Source: Acidimicrobiia bacterium (lineage in GTDB: Bacteria; Actinomycetota; Acidimicrobiia; Spongiisociales; JAHEDJ01). Taken from it: a stretch of DNA of 63,231 nt. Numbering within the stretch: position 1 is the first letter of the stretch; every line of letters starts with the position of its first letter. The translations under genes and the position numbers were made by a program. This document shows positions 9,279 through 19,024 of the stretch, piece by piece. Below the pieces are notes generated by a model. The model ran no database searches. It was not told where the DNA came from and was given only the letters and a program-made list of their open reading frames with translations. The DNA is taken from contig JARGFH010000017.1 of the NCBI GenBank assembly GCA_029210695.1, positions 1 through 63,231 on the forward strand, given 5' to 3'.

Positions 9279-10895
9279 ATGACCGAACCTGCAACACCCG
9301 AATCCGAAACGACCGCTCGCGACGTTGAGTTGATCTCGCGCGTCTCACACGAGTTGCGCACACCGCTCACCTCGGTCATTGGCATGCTCGACGTCGTACT
9401 CGATCCGGCTTTGCCGTTAGACGACGGCGAAAGCGCCGAGCTTCTGACCCTCGCCCGTCGCGAAGCGGATCAAATGCAGCATTTGATCGACAACCTCCTC
9501 TCGTATGCCCGGCTGCAACGGGCGACGCTCGTACCGTCCACGGAGGCCATCGATCTGCGACCGATCATCACGCGGGCCCTGGAGCGGCAGGGAGACGTGC
9601 ATCGGCGAACGCACATAGCAGTGGCGGTCGGGATCGGGGCCGTGGGAGACCCGGCGCTCGTGCTCCAGATCATCACCAACCTCATCCAGAATGTACACCG
9701 CTATGCACCGCAAGGCGCGGTCGAGATAGTTGTGGCATCCGACGATGCGGTCACCTCCATTTCGGTGAGCGATGAGGGGCCCGGCGTTCCGGTTGCGATG
9801 GCCGCAGACATCTTCGACACCCGGATACATTCGAGCAAAGGACTCGGCCTTGGTCTCTCCTTGAGCCGGGATCTGGCCAGGTCCATGCAAGGTGATCTGG
9901 TTCTGGACAAGGCACGCCGTGGCGGCGCTACCTTCACCCTGACCCTCCCGACCGCCCGGGTCAAAAGCTCCACTTCTGCAGAACGTCGACCAGAGCTGTC
10001 GGTGGCCACCACGCCGCGCGCCGGACTCCTCGTCGACGTAGCAGCCGCCCTCGCCGAATCGTCTCTCGACCAATCCGTCGCCGGCCTGCAAGGCATCTAC
10101 GCGAAAATCCTCGGCGCCACGAGCGCAGTTCTGATGGTGCCGGACGGGCAAGGACGGTTCCGGGGTCTGGGTGACTTCGCTTCTCTGGAAGGGGTACTGA
10201 TCCCCTCCGGGGATGAGCTGCTCGACCGTGTCATATCCGGGCAGCAGCCGCTACAGATCGAATCCCTTGGCGAAAGCGGTTTCGACCTGTGGGCGGGTGT
10301 CCTTGGTGCCGAATCGGCACTGGTCGTCCCTGTCGTGCTCGACGGAGTCGTAGCCGGGGTCCTTGCGCTCGGGTGGGCCGACGGGCACCTCATGCCCAAC
10401 ACTGGGAACGAGGTTGCCGCAGCCCTGGGAACGATCGCAGCGATTGCCGTCGATCGTTCAAATCTCGCCCATGAGGTCGCGTTCGAAAGATCGGTCAGGG
10501 AGTCGGTGATGGAGGCCCTCCCCATCGCGATCTCGGTGTTCGTAGGTGATCCCCCGAGCCTCGTCTACTGGAACCAGCGCGAACGCGACCTGCTGGCAAT
10601 CGCCGAGGACGGCAGCCGACCGACGGCCCTCCAGGAGACACAGGATCTCTTTGAGGTTTCGTTCGCCGACGGCACCCCGCTGACCCTCGAGAACGCTCCG
10701 GTCGTCGCCGCCATCCGCTCCGGACGAGGGACCGGTCCGTTCTTCCTTCGTATCAGTCGTCTCGACGGACGGGTCGCGTTCACCCGCACCTATTGCGCGC
10801 CGTTCTTCGACGGAAACGGAACAGTGGCCGGCGCAGTCGTCACGTCGGAAGAAGTGGACAAGATGGACGTCGAGTTCCACGGCCTTGCCACCTAG
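9279..10895 (+). CDS. Histidine kinase with N-terminal HisKA/HATPase and C-terminal GAF + PAS-like domains
   Basis: VSHELRTPL at about aa 22, then N box, DEGPG and GLGLGL. These are followed by a GAF-like VVPV.....GVLAL segment and a PAS-like YWNQRE...APFFDGNG.V.GAV segment. Confidence 0.85.
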   Translation: MTEPATPESETTARDVELISRVSHELRTPLTSVIGMLDVVLDPALPLDDGESAELLTLARREADQMQHLIDNLLSYARLQRATLVPSTEAIDLRPIITRALERQGDVHRRTHIAVAVGIGAVGDPALVLQIITNLIQNVHRYAPQGAVEIVVASDDAVTSISVSDEGPGVPVAMAADIFDTRIHSSKGLGLGLSLSRDLARSMQGDLVLDKARRGGATFTLTLPTARVKSSTSAERRPELSVATTPRAGLLVDVAAALAESSLDQSVAGLQGIYAKILGATSAVLMVPDGQGRFRGLGDFASLEGVLIPSGDELLDRVISGQQPLQIESLGESGFDLWAGVLGAESALVVPVVLDGVVAGVLALGWADGHLMPNTGNEVAAALGTIAAIAVDRSNLAHEVAFERSVRESVMEALPIAISVFVGDPPSLVYWNQRERDLLAIAEDGSRPTALQETQDLFEVSFADGTPLTLENAPVVAAIRSGRGTGPFFLRISRLDGRVAFTRTYCAPFFDGNGTVAGAVVTSEEVDKMDVEFHGLAT

Positions 10896-10919
10896 TACCC
10901 AGAACCTAGAACCTAGAAC
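10892..10919 (+). repeat. Heptamer tandem repeat (CTAGAAC family)
   Basis: CTAGTAC CCAGAAC CTAGAAC CTAGAAC. Confidence 0.8.
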
Positions 10920-10964
10920 CGCGTTCTACGATTCACGGCGACTGGGAAGAACCACTGGGCCGCG

Positions 10965-12593
10965 CTATTGCGAATAGTTTGAACTCATCCGCATTGTCTC
11001 GGCAATGTGGACGTTCACGAGGGCCGGTTTGCCGCTCGCAACCGCTCGCTCGAGGGCTGGAATGATCTGCGTCGCGTCATCAACGAACTCGCCGTAGCCA
11101 CCCAATCCCTCGACCATCGCATGGTACGGACGAACCCCCAGGTCGGTGGCCACCATTCGATCTGGATAGAACGAGCGATGGAAGGTCTTGATGTTGTTCC
11201 AAACACCATCGTTTCCGACCACGCCGACAATGGGCAGTCCGAGGCGCACCATCGAGTCGTACTCCATGCCGTTGAAGGCAAACGCCCCATCGCCGTAGAC
11301 AATGCCGACCAGCTTGTCGGGAAAGGCAACCTTGGCGGCGATGGCAAACGGGGCGCCGGTACCGAGGGTTCCGAACGGACCGGGATCGAGCACGTGACCT
11401 TGTTGTGAGACCTCGAGCCAGCGGGCGGTCGTCGAGACGATATCGCCCCCATCTACGGCAACGATGGCGTCAGGACCGAAGAAGGCCGCGACGTCTCTGC
11501 CAAATCGCTGCGGTTGCACGGGTGAGCTATCCACTGCCGCTTCGCTCTCTGCCGAAGCCCTACCGGCGGCCTCCATGGCCAGGATCTCCCCCGTCCAGGC
11601 CCGCCCGTTGGAGACCGTGAACTGAGCGGACCGGGCTGCAAGCTGACGAACGACTTCAGCCGGGTCGGCCACGACCCCAAGCTGAACCGGACGGTTCCAA
11701 CCGATCTTGGTCGAATCGGCGTCGATCTGGATCACCGTGGCATCGGGGGCGATTTTCCGGCCGTAGCCGGTGCGGAAGTCCCAATCGACGCCCAGCGCCA
11801 GGACGGTATCAGCGCCTGCGAAGGCTGCCGACCGGGCGTAGTTGCCGAGCAGCCGGTGACCGTTGGCGAGCGACCCCCGTGCGCGCGAGTTCAGGTAGGT
11901 CGGAGCCTCCAGCGCCTCGGCGATGATGGCGAGCTCATTCGCAGCCCCCCGGAAACCGGATCCGGCGAAGATCATCGGACGGTCCGCTCCGGTCAAGGCG
12001 TCGACGATCTCATCGACCACAGAGGCAACCGCACCCTGCACCTGATTCGCCCGATACTGATGAGGCCAGACAATCGAATCCTCATCAACAACATCGAACT
12101 GCACGTCCATCGGCACGTCCAGAAACACCGGGCCTCCACGGCCGGAGAAGGCTGCCCTGGCGGCCGTGGCGATGTAGTCGCCCAGCCGTTCGGTTTGCCA
12201 AGCAGTTCCGGCCCACTTCGTGATCGAGTGGAACATCCGGGGATGATCCATCTCCTGGAGGCCCCCCATGAGTTCCTGACGGACCAGATGCCGCCCACCC
12301 AACAAGAGCATCGACGAATCGGCGAAGTAGGCGTTGGCGATTCCGGTCATTGCGTCGGTCACGCCCGGACCGGCGGTGACGGCTGCAACGCCCAGCTTCC
12401 CGGTCAACCGGCCGTAGGCCTCGGCGGCATGAGCAACCGCCTGCTCGTGCCGCAGATCGACGATTCGGATGCCCTCCTGAACGCAACCATCGAGAATCGG
12501 GACGATGTGCCCACCGGTGAGAGTGAAGAGCGTGTCGACGCCTTCGTTTTTGAGTGCGCGGGCAATGATGTGCCCACCGTGAAGCTTGGCCAT
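10965..12593 (-). CDS. Thiamine-diphosphate enzyme (acetolactate synthase-like / 2-hydroxyacyl-CoA lyase group)
   Basis: LFTLTGGHI, RHEQ, TAGPG, GPFGTLG and GDGAF..N ThDP motif. Confidence 0.9.
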   Translation of the reverse strand: MAKLHGGHIIARALKNEGVDTLFTLTGGHIVPILDGCVQEGIRIVDLRHEQAVAHAAEAYGRLTGKLGVAAVTAGPGVTDAMTGIANAYFADSSMLLLGGRHLVRQELMGGLQEMDHPRMFHSITKWAGTAWQTERLGDYIATAARAAFSGRGGPVFLDVPMDVQFDVVDEDSIVWPHQYRANQVQGAVASVVDEIVDALTGADRPMIFAGSGFRGAANELAIIAEALEAPTYLNSRARGSLANGHRLLGNYARSAAFAGADTVLALGVDWDFRTGYGRKIAPDATVIQIDADSTKIGWNRPVQLGVVADPAEVVRQLAARSAQFTVSNGRAWTGEILAMEAAGRASAESEAAVDSSPVQPQRFGRDVAAFFGPDAIVAVDGGDIVSTTARWLEVSQQGHVLDPGPFGTLGTGAPFAIAAKVAFPDKLVGIVYGDGAFAFNGMEYDSMVRLGLPIVGVVGNDGVWNNIKTFHRSFYPDRMVATDLGVRPYHAMVEGLGGYGEFVDDATQIIPALERAVASGKPALVNVHIAETMRMSSNYSQ

Positions 12594-12666
12594 GACGGGA
12601 CAGTATCACCTATGAAGCTGCGCTGAACTTCGCGCCCCGGCCACCGTTTCGAGCTGAATAGAACCG

Positions 12667-12694
12667 TAAAGCCGCGACTCACTACTGCCGATCC
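12667..12694 (+). promoter_or_regulatory. sigma28/WhiG-like promoter
   Basis: TAAA-N16-GCCGATCC directly before the kinase start. Confidence 0.55.
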
Positions 12695-12700
12695 TCAAGG

Positions 12701-15442
12701 GTGATGCGAGAACGGACCGCGGCAGGGAGTCCACCCGACTTCGAGCGTATCGCAGCCGGCATGTCGAGACTGCGACGGCACGGCTATGGCGCCGCCGCCT
12801 CCTTCACGGCCATTGGTGCGATCGGCACGCGCGAGCCGATCTGGACGTTTGCCACACTTCTGGCGGCCGCCGGGTTCGCAGCCGGAAGCGGTTTCAGCAA
12901 TCCTCATCGGCGGCTCATCGCCGGGCTGTTGATCGACCATGTGGTTGCGCTGTCCCTCTGGTGGATGCTCGGGTCCGGCACCGTCGTCGACCTGATTCCG
13001 ATCGTAATCGTCTCGTTGTCCGCCTTCATTCTCCCGTTCCGCATGGCGATATTCACAACCCTGACGGGGATGCTCCTGGTTGCGATGCGAATTCCGCTCC
13101 ACATCGCGGGATCCGACTCGATCTTCCCGATGTACTGGGCAAGCGGACCCGTTCCCTTGTCTGAAGTCGCCGTCTCTACGTTCGCGCTGCTGATCCTGGC
13201 GATGGCCGCCGCCACAGTATTCCTGCGAGTCGGGCGATTGCTCGAGAAGTCGAGTACGCAGTTGGCGAAGTCGGCACAGCGATACCGCACCCTGGTCGAG
13301 GCATCACCGGACGGGATCCTGATTCATCAGGGCGGCTCCCTGAGGTACGTCAACGAGGCCGCCGCCGCGATGCTCGGGTACCGGACTCCGTCGGCCGGGA
13401 TTGGAATGCCGTACCTCGACCATATCGCACCAAAGGACCGGACGGCTGAAATCGAACGGATGCATCTGGTGGCGGAGGGACGGACGACCGACCTGGCCCG
13501 AATCCACCTTCTCAGGACCGATGGTTCCGAACAGATCACAGAAGCAGTCGGCATCCCTACCGACCTCGATGGGCGACCGGCGGTCCAAGTCGTAATGCGA
13601 GACGTCTCTGCAAGAGAAGCCCTCCGGGACACCGAGCAACTGTTCAATACGGCGTTCGACAGTTCGGTCACCGGAATGGCGGTCGTCGACGTCGACGGCA
13701 ACTACCTCAGAGTCAACAGAGCACAATGCGAACTCTTCGGTTACTCCGAGGAAGAGTTCCTCACGATGAACTGGAGAGACATCACCCATCCGGATGATCT
13801 CCCTGACAGCGAGCAAGCCGAAGCAGACATGCTCCGCGGGGTGGGCGACGACTCGTTCGTGTTGCTCAAACGGTATGTCGGTGCTGGGGGAAGACAACTC
13901 ACCGCCATCGTGTCGGTGACGCTCCTGCGGGACCAGGACGGGGCACCCGACTATGTGTATTCCCATGTGGTCGACATGACCGAAGCGACGGCCGCTGCGG
14001 AGGCGTTGCGGACTAGCGAGCAGAGGTACAGGAACCTCTTCGAGCGAATACCGGTCGCCATGTACAGGAGCACGCCGGATGGCGAGGTACTCGATGCGAA
14101 TCCCGCACTCGTTGAGTTGATGGGATTCGAAGCACGCGAATCTCTCGTGAATCTGGCATCGCATGAAATGTATTTAGACCCGAGCGTCCGTCTCGGATGG
14201 AAGACGGCGATCAATCGAGACGGAACCGTTGTCGGGTTCGAGGCCCAACTCCGGCGCAAAGACGGCAAGGTCTTCTGGGGGCAGGACACCGCCAGGATCG
14301 TCCGCGACTCTGACGGCAACACCCTGTACTACGAGGGCGCCATCATCGATGTCTCTGCCCAGAAGACGGCAGAGCAGGCACGCAATCGCCTCACCCGGAT
14401 CATCGAGGCGACCCCCGACATTGTGGTAGTCCTCGACCCGAGCGGCTGGGTCACATACGCCAACTCGGCCGCCCGCCGCCACTTCTCGATCGACGAGTCA
14501 ATGGAACCACCGTACCTCCACGTTTCGCAGGCCCTCGATCGTGCGACCATGCGCCTCCTTATCGAGGACATCATCCCTACCCTCAAAGAAGGCGAGGCCT
14601 GGACGGGTGAATTCGATCTCATTGCACCAGACGGCTCGGGGCTCCCGGTTTCAGCAGTCGGCCTTGCCCACCTCGCTGACGATGGCAGCTTCGCCCGATT
14701 CTCGGCGGTGCTGCGCGACGTGTCGGAACAGGTCGAAGCAACCCGGCAACTGAAAGACCTCGTCCAAACGAAGGACGAATTCGTCGCCTCCGTCAGTCAT
14801 GAGTTGCGGACTCCGCTGACGGCCGTCGTCGGCCTCGCCCAGGAATTGCGGGACAGCTGGAAGATGTTCGATGGGGAGGAACTCGAGGATCTGATCAGGC
14901 TCATCGCCGATCAGGCGACCGAGGTTTCCGCGATCGTGCAGGACCTCCTTGTCGCCGCTCGCGCCGACATAGGGACAATCACGATCAGCCCGACCGTCAT
15001 CCAGGTTTCCGAAGAGGTCGAGGCGGCAATCAAGACAGTCCCACCGGATCTGACCGATCGGATTCAGTTCGACATCACTTCGGTAAGCGCGTGGGCAGAC
15101 CCGGGACGCTTCCGTCAGATAATTCGCAACCTCGTTAGCAATGCCCTCCGCTACGGCGGACCGAGCGTGCGCATCCATGCCCACAACGGGGGCGGTAGGG
15201 CGGTGATCAACGTCACCGATGACGGAGCCGGTATCGCGTTGGAGGATCGCCAGAGGATCTTTGATCCGTACTACCGGGCTCACGATACTCCCTCACAACC
15301 GGCGTCGGTTGGCCTCGGTCTCAGCGTGTCTCGACAACTCGCAGTACTCATGGGCGGCGACTTGAGTTACGACTACTCAGATGGGCTGAGCACCTTCAGT
15401 GTGCGCCTCCCAGCCGGCCGAGGCCCAGACGCCCTCGCCTAG
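12701..15442 (+). CDS. Membrane multi-PAS sensor histidine kinase
   Basis: N-terminal TM region, four PAS repeats, VSHELRTPL, NLVSNA, DDGAG and GLGL motifs. Confidence 0.93.
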   Translation: MMRERTAAGSPPDFERIAAGMSRLRRHGYGAAASFTAIGAIGTREPIWTFATLLAAAGFAAGSGFSNPHRRLIAGLLIDHVVALSLWWMLGSGTVVDLIPIVIVSLSAFILPFRMAIFTTLTGMLLVAMRIPLHIAGSDSIFPMYWASGPVPLSEVAVSTFALLILAMAAATVFLRVGRLLEKSSTQLAKSAQRYRTLVEASPDGILIHQGGSLRYVNEAAAAMLGYRTPSAGIGMPYLDHIAPKDRTAEIERMHLVAEGRTTDLARIHLLRTDGSEQITEAVGIPTDLDGRPAVQVVMRDVSAREALRDTEQLFNTAFDSSVTGMAVVDVDGNYLRVNRAQCELFGYSEEEFLTMNWRDITHPDDLPDSEQAEADMLRGVGDDSFVLLKRYVGAGGRQLTAIVSVTLLRDQDGAPDYVYSHVVDMTEATAAAEALRTSEQRYRNLFERIPVAMYRSTPDGEVLDANPALVELMGFEARESLVNLASHEMYLDPSVRLGWKTAINRDGTVVGFEAQLRRKDGKVFWGQDTARIVRDSDGNTLYYEGAIIDVSAQKTAEQARNRLTRIIEATPDIVVVLDPSGWVTYANSAARRHFSIDESMEPPYLHVSQALDRATMRLLIEDIIPTLKEGEAWTGEFDLIAPDGSGLPVSAVGLAHLADDGSFARFSAVLRDVSEQVEATRQLKDLVQTKDEFVASVSHELRTPLTAVVGLAQELRDSWKMFDGEELEDLIRLIADQATEVSAIVQDLLVAARADIGTITISPTVIQVSEEVEAAIKTVPPDLTDRIQFDITSVSAWADPGRFRQIIRNLVSNALRYGGPSVRIHAHNGGGRAVINVTDDGAGIALEDRQRIFDPYYRAHDTPSQPASVGLGLSVSRQLAVLMGGDLSYDYSDGLSTFSVRLPAGRGPDALA

Positions 15443-15466
15443 CAAGCCACCGTCGCCCAACCCTGC

Positions 15467-15516
15467 GTTTTCGCGCGGGGTTCACCCCATATACGGTGCG
15501 ATTCCCGCGCGAAAAC
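15467..15516. repeat. 50-bp palindrome, family 1 copy A
   Basis: GTTTTCGCGCGGG-N24-CCCGCGCGAAAAC, between convergent genes. Confidence 0.92.
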
Positions 15517-15526
15517 GGGTTTGACC

Positions 15527-16738
15527 TCAGAAGTAGTGGGGGCACCACGGCTCGACGTGCCAGGAGAACATGGTGTCGGCGCGCCGCACCGCTTCCGGCG
15601 ATCCGTGCACCCGCCCGGCCTGCTGATACAACGAGAAGCTGCCTCCGCCCAGATACCGGCTCCCCAGAACACCGGCGTCGACGACGAGGTCGGCATCGTC
15701 GGTGGATCTTCTGCATTCGGCTCCGTCCGGACCGCCCTCGAGTGAGAACCGACCACCCTGCTCGGGGAGAAATCGATCGTCGACTTCGATCACAAGACGG
15801 CCTTCCGTCCGATAGCGTCTGGCAGACAAAGCGGCCGGGACATCCATCAACCGGGCCCAAAGCCCATCGACCCGACGGCTGGACAATCGCCTGCTGTCCG
15901 AGAGGAGCACCGAGAGAAGCTCCTGAATGGGACGATTCTGGGTACGAATCTTCTCGACGAGGTCCATCGAGAAGACGAACTGCCAGAGGGCCGCCTCCGC
16001 CATCGGAGTGAGGGCAATGAGCTCAGAGGCGAGGATCTCGTTTTTAGGAAGGTTGTGCTCCCACGTCTCTTTGGCCCGATAGCGAAGGTAACCCAACGCC
16101 GTCCCTTCTTCTTCGTAGATCGCGAACCGATTGGCCGTGAATCCGCCACGCCAGGACTCGAGGTCGGCGAACATGTGATCCCAGACCGCCTCTCGTCGCG
16201 AGAGGAATCCCGGTGTGGTGAGAGCAGCTTCGGCGTACAGGTCCGGCAGTATGCGGCGAGCCCGGTCGGTACCGACCAGCGACACGGTGCCCGGCGTCCC
16301 TGTGCCCGGCTCGAAGGCGGCGTCACGCTTCGCGATCTCCCAGCTTGCCTCGTGGGTGGAAATGCCGTAGCCCAACCGGCCGTAGATGACGCTCTCTGAC
16401 GCTCGCAGCAGCGCCAGCGGCTCCTCTCGCGCTTGAACGTCGGCGAAGTGGTAGCGCATCATCGAGGTGAGGACACCCTTCCGCCGATGGGTAGGCAGAA
16501 CTGCGATAGCGGTGAGCCCGGCGGCCGGGACGGAACCGCCGGGCACCGTCAGGTCGAAACTGAAGGCTCCGCCTGTACCGACGAAGTCCCCATCTTCCAC
16601 GACGACGATGCTGCGGTCGAACTCGTGCACCTTCGCCTCGAGTTCGAGTTCCTCGTCCTTCCCGTCGAAATTGAAGGTCCGTTCCCATACGCTGGCAAAG
16701 GCACGGAACTCGTCGGGTTTGATCGATCGAATGTCCAT
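15527..16738 (-). CDS. Eis-family GNAT acetyltransferase
   Basis: VLPTHRRKG, ASESVIYGRLGYG, LWARLMDVPAALSARRY and a C-terminal SCP2-like domain. Confidence 0.92.
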   Translation of the reverse strand: MDIRSIKPDEFRAFASVWERTFNFDGKDEELELEAKVHEFDRSIVVVEDGDFVGTGGAFSFDLTVPGGSVPAAGLTAIAVLPTHRRKGVLTSMMRYHFADVQAREEPLALLRASESVIYGRLGYGISTHEASWEIAKRDAAFEPGTGTPGTVSLVGTDRARRILPDLYAEAALTTPGFLSRREAVWDHMFADLESWRGGFTANRFAIYEEEGTALGYLRYRAKETWEHNLPKNEILASELIALTPMAEAALWQFVFSMDLVEKIRTQNRPIQELLSVLLSDSRRLSSRRVDGLWARLMDVPAALSARRYRTEGRLVIEVDDRFLPEQGGRFSLEGGPDGAECRRSTDDADLVVDAGVLGSRYLGGGSFSLYQQAGRVHGSPEAVRRADTMFSWHVEPWCPHYF

Positions 16739-16815
16739 CGGCAGAGGCTACCGACTCAAACCGCCGGCGACGGTTGAATAATCCGAAGACGGTTCCAAGT
16801 TATGGGTCTTAGGTT

Positions 16816-16926
16816 CTAGTGGTCTGTCTGCTATTTGATGACCGGGGTAGGCAGTGCCACGAACCCTGCCACAGCGGGGATCGTCCGGCAGGAGACCAAG
16901 TCACCAAATCCGCGACGGACCACTAG
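16816..16926 (+). mobile_element. MITE copy 1 (IS630-like, CTAG-bounded)
   Basis: 111 bp with imperfect 23-bp terminal inverted repeats; exact reverse complement of 59365-59475. Confidence 0.85.
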
Positions 16927-17044
16927 CGCGAACAGGGATGCACGCCAGAGAGAAGGCATCACTTCGAGAGCCTCAGGAAGATCCTCATATGGGCGACGTG
17001 ATTGGAACGCCACAAACCCATGACCTAGGACTCAGAACCTCGTG

Positions 17045-18130
17045 TTACTTGATCACCAGTTCCGGATGGGTTCGAATCCGCGGCCTGCGAGCGACGACAG
17101 CTTCGGCGAGCTTCTGGAAAGCCAGGTCGGCTTCCCCACCCGGATCGGCTACGACGACGGGCCGCCCGACATCCGCACCCTCCCGCATCGCCGGAACCAG
17201 CGGAATCTGCCCGAGGAGTTCCGAGCCGATCTCTTCGGCCAAAGCACCGCCACCACCCTCTCCAAAGAGGTAGTAGCGCTTTCCGTCGTCTCCCGTGAAC
17301 CAGGACATGTTCTCGATCACGCCGAGCACCTCCTGATTGACCTTCTCCGCCATCAGTGCGGCTCGTTTGGCGACACGTTGCGCAGCCGGTTGCGGAGTGG
17401 TCACGACGAGCACCTGGGCCCTGGGGAGGAACTGGCTGAGCGAAATGGCGATGTCCCCGGTGCCGGGAGGCATGTCGATCAACAGGAAGTCGGGATCGTC
17501 CCAGAAGACATCGACGAGGAATTGTTCCATCGCCTTGTGCAGCATCGGCCCGCGCCAGATGACGGCCTGATCTTCGGCGACGAAGTAGTCCATCGACATG
17601 ACTTTCACACCATGAGTCTCAGGCGCAATCATCGATTCATCGATCACGATGGGCGAATAGTCGGCACCCATCATCTTCGGAACCGAGAAGCCCCAGACGT
17701 CGGCATCGATCACTCCTACCGAGTGGCCCATCCTGGTCAACGCCACTGCCAGGTTGCTGGTGACGGAGGACTTGCCGACGCCTCCTTTGCCAGACGAGAT
17801 GCCGATAATGCGGGTCTTCGAACCGGGCCCTCCGACCATGTCACGGTTCGGGCGCAGGCGTTGCATGAGGGTTGCCCGTTCCTCATCGGTCATCAGGGTG
17901 AAGTCCACAGTTGCCGACTTGGCGCCTGCATCCACCGCAGCGGCGGTGACTTGTTCGACGAGTTGCTCCTGGAACGGGTGATTCGGAACGGTCAGCACCA
18001 CCTCGATGCGCGCTTTGCCGAGGGCGCCCACCGCCACCGTGCGCAGCATGCCCAGTGATTCGAGCGAACGGTGCAGAAGTGGATCTTCGAGAGCGCCGAC
18101 TGCGGCGCGGAGGGCATCGTGATCGGCCAT
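17045..18130 (-). CDS. mrp: Mrp/NBP35 Fe-S cluster carrier ATPase
   Basis: SGKGGVGKSS, DADVWG, WRGPML, DMPPGTGD, VTTPQ and ENMS motifs; N-terminal DUF59-like domain. Confidence 0.93.
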   Translation of the reverse strand: MADHDALRAAVGALEDPLLHRSLESLGMLRTVAVGALGKARIEVVLTVPNHPFQEQLVEQVTAAAVDAGAKSATVDFTLMTDEERATLMQRLRPNRDMVGGPGSKTRIIGISSGKGGVGKSSVTSNLAVALTRMGHSVGVIDADVWGFSVPKMMGADYSPIVIDESMIAPETHGVKVMSMDYFVAEDQAVIWRGPMLHKAMEQFLVDVFWDDPDFLLIDMPPGTGDIAISLSQFLPRAQVLVVTTPQPAAQRVAKRAALMAEKVNQEVLGVIENMSWFTGDDGKRYYLFGEGGGGALAEEIGSELLGQIPLVPAMREGADVGRPVVVADPGGEADLAFQKLAEAVVARRPRIRTHPELVIK

Positions 18131-18206
18131 GTGAATTCCCTAACGACGTAGTGTTTAGAAGGAAGGCGAAACTATAGTGAGCGCCCAGGCAAAGGAATCC
18201 AGTCGG

Positions 18207-18905
18207 ATGGACACACAGGCACTCTCACAGTCGATCGGCGATCTCACCTCTGCCCTGGGCGATCCAACCAGGCGCGGCATCTATATCGCGGTCCGAGAGG
18301 CCCCGGAGCCGGCCACGGCCTCACAGATCGCCGTCCTGTTTTCGATTCATCCGAACGTGGCCAGGCACCATCTCGACCGTCTAGCCGATGACGGGTACCT
18401 CGAAGTGACGAGGCGCCGGCCTGATGGGAAGACCGGCCCGGGGGCCGGGCGGCCTGCCAAGTGCTACACCGCTACCGCCAAGGAAATCGAGCTCCATTTC
18501 CCTGCCCGCCGCTACGACCTGCTGTCGGAACTCCTGGTCCGCGTCATCGAACGCATCGATCCCGGCAACCTCGGGGAGATCGCCGCTGCAGTAGGCCACG
18601 AGTACGGCCGGGAGATCGCCGCGGAGATCGGAGCTCCGAACGAATCCGGTTTCGACATGGCCGTGAGCGCGGTGGCCAGGGCCATGACCGGAATGGGATT
18701 CTCCACCGATCCGGACTCCGACACGCGGCGCCTCCTCACCAGCCATTGTCCGTTCGCCGAGACGGCGGCCAAACACCCGGAGGTCGTCTGCTCACTCGAC
18801 CGCGGTATCGTCTCCGGACTGATGGAGACCCTGTCAGATGACTGGCGTCCGGTGCAGGTGGTCTCGCACCCAGGCATTGCCGAGGACTGCATCGCCGAGG
18901 TGTGA
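18207..18905 (+). CDS. SufR-like winged-helix transcriptional regulator
   Basis: HTH IHPNVARHHL, GAGRPAK.Y, and a C-terminal HCPF...VC...C Cys set. Confidence 0.8.
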   Translation: MDTQALSQSIGDLTSALGDPTRRGIYIAVREAPEPATASQIAVLFSIHPNVARHHLDRLADDGYLEVTRRRPDGKTGPGAGRPAKCYTATAKEIELHFPARRYDLLSELLVRVIERIDPGNLGEIAAAVGHEYGREIAAEIGAPNESGFDMAVSAVARAMTGMGFSTDPDSDTRRLLTSHCPFAETAAKHPEVVCSLDRGIVSGLMETLSDDWRPVQVVSHPGIAEDCIAEV

Positions 18906-19024
18906 TCGGTTTCGGTGGTTGCCTTCCATCCGCGAATCCGGACGAAAAGGGGATGACCGGACACCGATAGCGGCGCCGAGGGCGTCCCGTAGACTGGCAC
19001 CTCACGACAACGAACGAGGTGATC

